From a virus (Duplodnaviria > Heunggongvirae > Uroviricota > Caudoviricetes): DNA of 64,000 nt. The stretch's first letter is position 1; the number at the start of each line of letters is the position of its first letter. The notes under the pieces are model-generated. The model did not search any database. It had not been told where the DNA came from and was given only the letters and a program-made list of their open reading frames with translations. A program made the translations under genes and the position numbers. Positions 57,649 to 64,000 of this stretch are shown here, in pieces. Where the stretch lies: IMG/VR virus record IMGVR_UViG_3300042875_000419, one strand, 5' to 3'.

Positions 57649-58398
57649 ATGAATTTACTCTCCACTGGTAACCCTAAGGTCCTCAAAGGCCTGGCTCAGG
57701 GTTACAATACCTACATCCTGCACCTCGCTCCAGCCGACCTGTCCGGTTTTGAGACCTGCGCCAAACGGACCAAAGGTTGCACGGCTGCCTGCCTGAACCT
57801 TGCTGGCCGTGGCGGTATGTTCAAAAAAGGTGAAACCACCAACATTATCCAGCAGGCTCGAATCCGCAAAACCCAAATGTTTTTCGAGGCTCGCACCGGT
57901 TTTATGGAATGGCTGGTCAAGGATATTGAATTGGCTATTAAACAATCGGCTAAAATCAATATGGTTCCAGTGATTCGCCTTAATGGCACTTCGGACCTAG
58001 CCTTTGAAAAGTATGCCGCCATCCGTAATGGCGTGGAATATAAAAACATTTTCATGGCATTCCCTGAAATTCAATTCTACGATTATACCAAGATTCTCGG
58101 ACGTAAAATTGCCGATTATCCCAATTATCACCTGACATTCTCAGCCGCCGATGGTAATGATTCGGACGTTGAAAAGGCTATTGCCCAAGGTTATAATGTA
58201 GCCGTGGTGTTTGGTATTAAAAAGACCCTCCCAATGCCGGCTGATTATCTGAGTATGCCAGTATTTAATGGCGATGAGTCGGACCTCCGTTTTCTGGATC
58301 CAAAAGGCTCCGTTATCGGCTTATATGCCAAAGGCAAAGCCAAAAAAGATACCACTGGTTTTGTAAAGTATCCCGCCATTATGATGGCATCCGTTTAA
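57649..58398 (+). CDS. Three-Cys-motif protein (249 aa). Possibly the phage Gp37/Gp68 (DUF5131) family.
   Basis: N-terminal cluster TCAKRTKGCTAAC (C-x6-C-x3-C). The family assignment is from memory and is not verified. Confidence 0.35.
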   Translation: MNLLSTGNPKVLKGLAQGYNTYILHLAPADLSGFETCAKRTKGCTAACLNLAGRGGMFKKGETTNIIQQARIRKTQMFFEARTGFMEWLVKDIELAIKQSAKINMVPVIRLNGTSDLAFEKYAAIRNGVEYKNIFMAFPEIQFYDYTKILGRKIADYPNYHLTFSAADGNDSDVEKAIAQGYNVAVVFGIKKTLPMPADYLSMPVFNGDESDLRFLDPKGSVIGLYAKGKAKKDTTGFVKYPAIMMASV

Positions 58399-58414
58399 AC
58401 TGAAAGGAAACATT

Positions 58415-58636
58415 ATGTCCAAAATCAAACTCCCATTCGAATGCATGGTTGGAACCGAAAATGAGGTGGTAACCAATCCATTCTCTGGAGAATCAATTAC
58501 ATTATCTCCAGAGGCTGTGGCAGTATATGATACCATTATGGGTTGCCAAATGGTCGGTGATTATAAGAGAATGCAAAAGGGGCTGGATTGGTTTCGCCGT
58601 CATTATGCCCGAGAATATATGGTTCTCCTGGATTGA
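58415..58636 (+). CDS. Hypothetical protein (73 aa).
   Basis: ORF 16 nt after the preceding gene, with AGGAAAC RBS. Confidence 0.4.
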   Translation: MSKIKLPFECMVGTENEVVTNPFSGESITLSPEAVAVYDTIMGCQMVGDYKRMQKGLDWFRRHYAREYMVLLD

Positions 58637-58669
58637 CCCTCCCTCTGGCTGGAGAACTAAGGTACTAGG

Positions 58670-58698
58670 TTGCCATTTTCACGCCCATCCGCCATAAT
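58670..58698 (+). promoter_or_regulatory. Promoter module copy (TTGCCA-N17-CATAAT, plus).
   Basis: TTGCCATTTTCACGCCCATCCGCCATAAT-CCATTCCATG. Confidence 0.45.
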
Positions 58699-58729
58699 CC
58701 ATTCCATGTTGAATTTGAAAGGAAACAAA

Positions 58730-58927
58730 ATGACAAATCAAGACTTGGCCAAGGCACTGGTGGCTGCCATTCAGGACCGCCAATTCGCCCGTGGCGAGGA
58801 ACTCCACGCCGCCAACTCTTACACCGTTGGCTACCTTGAGGGTCTCATTGGTACACTCTGCCACCTCAGCCCCAAGGCTAAAAAAGAGGTTATGAGTACC
58901 TTGGTTTACATTAACGCAAACAAGTAA
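58730..58927 (+). CDS. Small protein (65 aa) with GAAAGGAAAC RBS. An in-frame ATG also sits right after the -10.
   Basis: MTNQDLAKAL... Internal start of track ORF 58670..58927. Confidence 0.4.
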   Translation: MTNQDLAKALVAAIQDRQFARGEELHAANSYTVGYLEGLIGTLCHLSPKAKKEVMSTLVYINANK

Positions 58928-58938
58928 GGAGTAATGAG

Positions 58939-59040
58939 TATGTTTTCAGAAAACAAGTGGGAAGACCTTGCATTCAAGGTGGTGCTGGTGTTGGGTGTGG
59001 TGGTTGTGTTGCTGGACCTGGTGTACTGGAGACCAGGTTA
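58939..59040 (+). CDS. Tiny single-TM peptide (33 aa).
   Basis: Hand translation MFSENKWEDLAFKVVLVLGVVVVLLDLVYWRPG. Immediately precedes the operon terminator. Confidence 0.25.
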
Positions 59041-59065
59041 AAGGTTGGACACCAGTTGGTGGGAA

Positions 59066-59088
59066 GGGCGCTTCGGCGTCCTTTTTTT
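59066..59088 (+). terminator. Rho-independent terminator. gggcgc-UUCG-gcgtcc hairpin followed by TTTTTTT. Ends the plus-strand early operon.
   Basis: aagggcgcttcggcgtcctttttttgg. Confidence 0.75.
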
Positions 59089-59250
59089 GGCTTGGCGCCT
59101 GCTTAAAAATCTGGACCACTGTACCTTAAAGGTAATACTATGTAAGTAATTTTGTGCTATGGCCCAAACTCTTTTTTCCCTAAATTTATTTTCTGGGGCC
59201 GGAAGCACATTTTCAAGTTTTCTTCTCCTCTCGGATTTTCTCCGGACCCC

Positions 59251-59460
59251 CTACACGGTTTTCGAATTTTCCCACGCCCAATGGACTACGCACCAGTCTT
59301 CGATGCACTTCTCTTTTGATATATCGTCACCTTTACCATTCTCAATCATCTTAGTTGACCAGTACGTATAGTAGGACTTCAGTATCTGTTCCTCTGTGAA
59401 TGTCTCTACAACATCTTGCCCAAACTCTCCGGGGAAGGTGATACTCCATCTTTTAGTCAT
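59251..59460 (-). CDS. Hypothetical protein (69 aa).
   Basis: ORF only. Confidence 0.4.
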   Translation of the reverse strand: MTKRWSITFPGEFGQDVVETFTEEQILKSYYTYWSTKMIENGKGDDISKEKCIEDWCVVHWAWENSKTV

Positions 59461-59692
59461 AGCTTTTCAATCTCTTTATGGTGTTTGGCTTTACGAAAAG
59501 AATGGTGCTTCCAGTCTTTGGAAACGGAAGGTCGAGATGCACTGTCACTCTCGGTCCTTCTTCCTTAGAAATTTCTGTGTCGTTCCCCACTGTACCAATA
59601 AAGGGTATACCTTCGCTCCGTCCGGAAACTCGCTCACCCATCTCGAAACTCGCTTTATATCGGTTCTCTTTGAAGTATTCAGCTAGGTTCAT
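59453..59692 (-). CDS. Hypothetical protein (79 aa).
   Basis: ORF only. Confidence 0.4.
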   Translation of the reverse strand: MNLAEYFKENRYKASFEMGERVSGRSEGIPFIGTVGNDTEISKEEGPRVTVHLDLPFPKTGSTILFVKPNTIKRLKSYD

Positions 59693-59939
59693 TCAGTATG
59701 CTTTCAATCTCTTTTTTTATTTGGCTTCTACAGAAGTCCATTATTCCCTTATCGTAGGTCGTATATGTCTTTCCCCTTAGGTCGGCTCTCTCCACAGCAC
59801 TCTCTGCTTTCCTCAGTGTAAGTTCAATTACTTTTTGTGTGTAACCATACTTCATTTGTTCTGGAGTGTAGATCGTATTTTCTTTCGGATAATCACGATT
59901 AGCACTCTCGAATATCTCGATTGTTTTTTTTGAGATCAT
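59679..59939 (-). CDS. Hypothetical protein (86 aa).
   Basis: ORF only. Confidence 0.4.
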   Translation of the reverse strand: MISKKTIEIFESANRDYPKENTIYTPEQMKYGYTQKVIELTLRKAESAVERADLRGKTYTTYDKGIMDFCRSQIKKEIESILNEPS

Positions 59940-60145
59940 TTTTTTGTTTTGATTGTAGAAGCCAGACTACCAAATGTAACCATTAAAAGCCAGACAGTTG
60001 CAAACCATGTTTCGAGTTCATACGCAATCGATAGGGAAAAGATTGTGTTGAGTGACCAGATAGTGATAAGCGGTCCAAAGACAAACACTCCGATACCGAT
60101 GAGTAGCAAGACAAGTAGTGTAAAATTATTCATTAATCTATCCAT
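59936..60145 (-). CDS. Two-TM small membrane protein (69 aa).
   Basis: Hydrophobic segments LLVLLLIGIGVFVFGPLITIW and WFATVWLLMVTFGSLA. Confidence 0.4.
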   Translation of the reverse strand: MDRLMNNFTLLVLLLIGIGVFVFGPLITIWSLNTIFSLSIAYELETWFATVWLLMVTFGSLASTIKTKK

Positions 60146-60528
60146 TCGAGAATTTCAAAGTATTCTTCAGCACGCTCCTTAGCATGTTTAAAGGATGTCG
60201 CAAGAATTTCTAACTGGAGTATATCATCTTTCAGGTGCATTGTAAAGGGGCATTCGTTTGCTTTTTTGGAAGAAATAACATCACCAACGTCAATTCTACC
60301 TTTTAACGTGTAGAACTTGCCGTTTTTAATGCGGTCAATTAAATCATACGTTTCTTCGTGTATAGAGACAACACTCTCGAACCAAAATTCGGCTTCTTCT
60401 TGTGTTTCAAACTTCGGTGAGAGTGGTGCTCCGGAACCCGGATTAATCCAGAACCAGACTGCACTCTCCATCTCAGATTGACGGTACTTGATAAGTGCGG
60501 CTTTGAATTGCTTTTTCTGAACCGTCAT
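60133..60528 (-). CDS. Hypothetical protein (131 aa).
   Basis: ORF only. Confidence 0.4.
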   Translation of the reverse strand: MTVQKKQFKAALIKYRQSEMESAVWFWINPGSGAPLSPKFETQEEAEFWFESVVSIHEETYDLIDRIKNGKFYTLKGRIDVGDVISSKKANECPFTMHLKDDILQLEILATSFKHAKERAEEYFEILEWID

Positions 60529-61079
60529 GGCTTCTTAGAGAAGAAAAGCTGGATAGACAATCTCAGAGGCGCCGTTGTTGAAATCGGTGTCGTAGAGTGC
60601 CATTCTCTTTCTGTTGAGTGAATGGCTGTGTTGTACTGCGGAGAATAGAACTGCCCTTGTTTTGGATTAATACCATAATCATCTCTGCCCTTATTCTCCT
60701 CTGTCCATGCAAACCAACCACCCCAATTAGAGTCCCATTCTTTATTGAGATAAATTGACATAGCATCATAGTCTGCGTAATCTGGATGCCAGTTCACACA
60801 AGAGGTCGGAAAGCCCATGTAGAAAATGGCGGCTGAAGAATATGGAAGATAATCCAATTTACCACGGTTTACTAACTCATAGTAAATTGGATTCTTCCAT
60901 TCGTCCGGAAGCGCCCTCGAAAGTATCGTGCCTCCTGTGGCATACTTCAGGACATCCACCCATTTCGTCTGGTTTGATGCCCAAACATCACCAGCCTTTG
61001 TCTCCTCGTTCCATGCTAGGAGTTGTTGAATGAAGTCCTCAGAGAGAACATCAGTTAAAATACTAATCATATTATGCAA
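60525..61079 (-). CDS. Hypothetical protein (184 aa), possibly a 2OG-Fe(II)/PhyH-like oxygenase.
   Basis: NWHPDYAD (HxD) with a downstream His. Weak. Confidence 0.3.
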   Translation of the reverse strand: MHNMISILTDVLSEDFIQQLLAWNEETKAGDVWASNQTKWVDVLKYATGGTILSRALPDEWKNPIYYELVNRGKLDYLPYSSAAIFYMGFPTSCVNWHPDYADYDAMSIYLNKEWDSNWGGWFAWTEENKGRDDYGINPKQGQFYSPQYNTAIHSTEREWHSTTPISTTAPLRLSIQLFFSKKP

Positions 61080-63270
61080 TCAAGTTAATGAAGCGGTTCA
61101 ACACGATACGATTTGAAACACGGTTGCTTGTGTACTTTGAGAAAGCAGAAACAAGCCCACGGGTTGTTGTTGAAGTAACTTCGAATTCATCATCTTCATC
61201 AGTGTCCAGTTTATCTGAACGAATAAAGTAATATTCATCGTATCCAACGTTATTTAGATACGTAAAGTTGTTCTTACGGAACTCTGCCACACGGTGATCA
61301 ATTTTACTTTCTTCCGACTTCGGTGAATACATTACAAGTGCGTGACGAACATCACGTATTCTCGCAACATAGAAACCAATCACGTTTGCATCTGTACGCT
61401 GTTTCAGTAGTTTCAGAAGTGCAGTAGTTTGAGCCGCGCCACGTGGACCATATCCAGAACACTCAATCACTTCAACTGATGCTTTAGTGGTCGGATCACG
61501 GAAGAAACTTCTCATTTTATAGTTAGTATCAACTGAAGAACATTCGTAACGTTCACCCTCGATAGCATCGATACGGCCATAGATTGTAGAACCTTCACCG
61601 TCAGTCAGAAACACACTATTCACAATTTCAAGTTTGTTTTCTGCCTTGAACTTCGGAATAACTTTGAATGCTGAGATCACTGCCTCATTCAGTGGCGTTC
61701 CACCAAGTTGAAGAATTTCTGGTGGTTCCATGTTTGAACATGTACCACGGCGACCTGTACCATAATCAAGAAGATATGATGCCATCTTAGTGAATTCATT
61801 CGCACTCATTTTGTGTGAAAGAATATTCAGTAGTGAAAATGGATGAACAAGCAAATCACCGACTTTCAGTTTCTGTGTTTTCAACTTTACTTGGCTCAGA
61901 AGTTGAGAAGTTGAGAATGCATATACATCAAAAGGAATATTTACCTTTTTACAAAACATTACAAGGTTCAAGAGTTGTTTCACTGTCGGTGACATATGGT
62001 CACACATAGAACCCGACCAGTCAATGAACATCACAAGACCATGAGACTTGCCGTTAGGCACTTTAGTGAGCCTAGCGAAAATGTCATCAGTGAATTTGTA
62101 TTCGTGAATCTTCGAAAGGTTCAGTTCACCAGTCTTGGAGATTTTTGCACGTGTTTGCTGTTCAGCATTTTTACGCATTTCGAATTCTTTCACAAGGTAA
62201 GAAACAACCTTGTTCGATTCGTTCCGGAACTTACTGAAGTTTGCCCGCATTTTATCTTCGTTGAACCATTCTCTGCGGATTGGATCTGAATTGTGATCCA
62301 CAACTTCTTTAATGAGAGTTTTGTGGTCAACAATCACATTCTCAAGAAGAATCTCTGGAATGTTTGAATACATCACATCCTTACGGTTTTCACCGGAATA
62401 CAATTGTTTTTCCTTTTCACGGAAAGCATTGTCAGTTTCAGATTCAATTTTTACATCATCAGAGCCGGCAGAACCAGTTCCACCAGTTTCCGGTGTTTCA
62501 GGTTTATCTGAAACTTTGTCTTCTTCGGATTCTTCGGTACCATCGGAAGATTGTGTTTCAATAACACCTTCTTTGGCTTCACCTTCTTTGGCTTCACTGA
62601 CACCTTTTTCTTGGTCTTCACCTTCATTGAAATCAAAATCAGTGGGCTTTGTATTACCAATTTCTGGTGACATTTCTTTACCAGGTTCAACCTTTGGTGG
62701 TTTAGATTTTTGTTTTGGCTGTTCTTTCATAAACTTTTGAATTTTCATGGCAATGGCCACGGTTTCTTCAAACGTTTCAGCATCTTCAACTTCACGCACC
62801 AGAGAATATTCTTCGGAAGTAAAATCGATACCTTGAGCCGCACCACCTTTAGTGTAAAGGTTAATACGGTCAATGAAGTTCATTGTATTGAGGTTTTTAC
62901 CATCTGTGCCAAAGAAATCCATTTCCATGAGTTCACGATAACCTTTGACAAAGGAAATGCGAATACCAGGAAATCTACGTTTGATTTTCTTTTCGATACG
63001 TGCATCTTCACAAACGTTAAGAATGGAACGATTCACTTTGAGGTCAACCACGGAGTCGTGCCAGCCTTGTGCTGGTGTTTCTAGTGCATGTCCAACTTCG
63101 TGACCAAGCAGGAGGTCAATAACTTCGTTGGAAAGATTGCCGTTCAGAACAGGAACGGTGAGAACACGGTTTTTGATATCGAAAAATGCTGTCGGAACCT
63201 GACGTTGTTCGACAATCAGGTTTTCCGTAGCCATGAGGCGGGCAAGATTTGATTTTGATTCAACTAGCAT
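61072..63270 (-). CDS. cobT: CobT-like vWA-domain protein with N-terminal HExxH metallopeptidase-like domain (732 aa). Presumed partner of the CobS/MoxR ATPase.
   Basis: GHEVGHALE (HExxH) near the N-terminus. Acidic linker. vWA MIDAS motif VMFIDWSGSM. This architecture is typical of MoxR/CobS partner proteins. Confidence 0.55.
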   Translation of the reverse strand: MLVESKSNLARLMATENLIVEQRQVPTAFFDIKNRVLTVPVLNGNLSNEVIDLLLGHEVGHALETPAQGWHDSVVDLKVNRSILNVCEDARIEKKIKRRFPGIRISFVKGYRELMEMDFFGTDGKNLNTMNFIDRINLYTKGGAAQGIDFTSEEYSLVREVEDAETFEETVAIAMKIQKFMKEQPKQKSKPPKVEPGKEMSPEIGNTKPTDFDFNEGEDQEKGVSEAKEGEAKEGVIETQSSDGTEESEEDKVSDKPETPETGGTGSAGSDDVKIESETDNAFREKEKQLYSGENRKDVMYSNIPEILLENVIVDHKTLIKEVVDHNSDPIRREWFNEDKMRANFSKFRNESNKVVSYLVKEFEMRKNAEQQTRAKISKTGELNLSKIHEYKFTDDIFARLTKVPNGKSHGLVMFIDWSGSMCDHMSPTVKQLLNLVMFCKKVNIPFDVYAFSTSQLLSQVKLKTQKLKVGDLLVHPFSLLNILSHKMSANEFTKMASYLLDYGTGRRGTCSNMEPPEILQLGGTPLNEAVISAFKVIPKFKAENKLEIVNSVFLTDGEGSTIYGRIDAIEGERYECSSVDTNYKMRSFFRDPTTKASVEVIECSGYGPRGAAQTTALLKLLKQRTDANVIGFYVARIRDVRHALVMYSPKSEESKIDHRVAEFRKNNFTYLNNVGYDEYYFIRSDKLDTDEDDEFEVTSTTTRGLVSAFSKYTSNRVSNRIVLNRFINLIA

Positions 63271-63351
63271 GTGTTTCCTTGTGAGTCTGTAGTATGTATT
63301 ATATCATACCGACAGAAAATGTCAAGTCATGTGTTGTTTTTTTGTCACAAA

Positions 63352-63717
63352 TTACTCTTTTTTTGTGATAATTAGTGTTCCGGCTTCGGAAACTTCGAGA
63401 TTTAGTGTGTCTCCTTCTTTCCAGCCAGTCTCCGCAATTAATTCGGGTGGAAAAGTGAGAATTCCGTCTCCGGAACCGTCCGGTGCGTCTTCAATTTGAA
63501 GTGGTCCATAAGTTTTTGGTTTCGGATTGACCCATTGATGTACGACATCAGTCAATTCCTGCCAAGGTTGTCGTTTTTTGACTAATTCTTCATCTAATGC
63601 AAAGTAAATATCATTGGCTAACTCAGGATCACTCTGAATAATTGCTTTTACTAGCCTTTGTGTATCACTGTACATAATCAAACTCGGAAAAAACGATTTT
63701 ATTTTGTTTTTCTGCAA
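63352..63717 (-). CDS. Protein with C-terminal AbrB/MazE/SpoVT-type swapped-hairpin DNA-binding domain (121 aa; may start at the internal Met).
   Basis: C-terminal ILTFPPELIAETGWKEGDTLNLEVSEAGTLIITKK resembles the AbrB/MazE looped-hinge helix fold signature. Confidence 0.4.
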   Translation of the reverse strand: MQKNKIKSFFPSLIMYSDTQRLVKAIIQSDPELANDIYFALDEELVKKRQPWQELTDVVHQWVNPKPKTYGPLQIEDAPDGSGDGILTFPPELIAETGWKEGDTLNLEVSEAGTLIITKKE

Positions 63718-63862
63718 CCAGTAGATTCACATGCATTAAAGTTTCCATAATTTCTTCATAACTCATTTTTTCCAACTTTTCGGTGATTTCTTGCAATTCA
63801 TTTTTAGTAAGCATAATTATCCTTTTGACGGTGCTTAGATTTACGGACGTACTTAGTATCAA
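63665..63862 (-). CDS. Small helical protein (about 50-65 aa).
   Basis: ORF overlapping the next gene's start. Confidence 0.3.
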   Translation of the reverse strand: MILSTSVNLSTVKRIIMLTKNELQEITEKLEKMSYEEIMETLMHVNLLVAEKQNKIVFSEFDYVQ

Positions 63863-64000
63863 TCCTGTGTTTTTGTGCAGGCTTGATGGGTGTGCGACAA
63901 ACTGGTTTTGGTATTTTAATTAAAATCTTCATTTTTATCTCCGCATCTTTGCCATATCTTGTGCTTCTTCCACAGAAAAAACAGGAACAGCATTGGACTT

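Noticed and set aside
59185-59250. Long-range hairpin GGGGCCGGA...TCCGGACCCC that could suggest a tRNA or small RNA.
   Set aside because: No cloverleaf can be drawn: there is no 7-bp acceptor stem with proper D and T arms, and the length and loop are wrong for a tRNA. It may instead be a 3' UTR structure of the minus gene array. No tRNA genes were recognised anywhere in the window.

Overview
This 64-kb window looks like a contiguous segment of a T4-like myovirus genome. It is AT-rich, genes are tightly packed, and many start and stop codons overlap. The gene content resembles marine T4-like cyanophages or pelagiphages: PhoH, MazG, a 2OG-Fe(II) oxygenase, CobS plus a CobT-like vWA protein, and a gp5 hub without a lysozyme domain.

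Layout:
- 1-25.7 kb, minus strand: baseplate and tail-fibre morphogenesis module. In transcription order it reads gp48-like, gp53, hub proteins, the gp5 OB-domain protein, gp25, gp6, gp7, gp8, a 2187-aa giant protein, and a giant collagen-domain fibre.
- 25.7-32.8 kb, plus strand: a gp4-like nuclease, a glycosyltransferase, a tail-tube-family protein, a Zn-ribbon hub protein, and two paralogous tape-measure-like proteins.
- 32.9-54 kb, minus strand: replication and auxiliary genes. These are gp32, gp59, a dNMP nucleotidase, a SleB-like hydrolase, PhoH, the 2OG oxygenase, MazG, a DenV-like protein, AAA+ ATPases, an SPFH protein, CobS, and a GIY-YIG and a DUF262-HNH endonuclease. Dozens of small early-type ORFs follow.
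- 54.1-59.1 kb: a GC-rich island with divergent early operons.
- 59.2-64 kb, minus strand: small genes plus a CobT-like vWA/HExxH protein.

The ORF track omits the fibre gene (a minus-strand ORF of more than 1540 codons, from 4621 off the window start) because it has no in-window stop. The plus-strand ORFs listed at 11-4121 are its antisense shadows.

The observations most worth a second look are: four helically phased perfect DnaA boxes upstream of a sigma70 promoter in a repeat-rich non-coding region; a conserved promoter module present in at least 15 copies; a terminator-promoter cassette duplicated around the GmrSD-like gene; and a translationally coupled nucleotidyltransferase / 2-TM peptide / SPFH-lipoprotein module.
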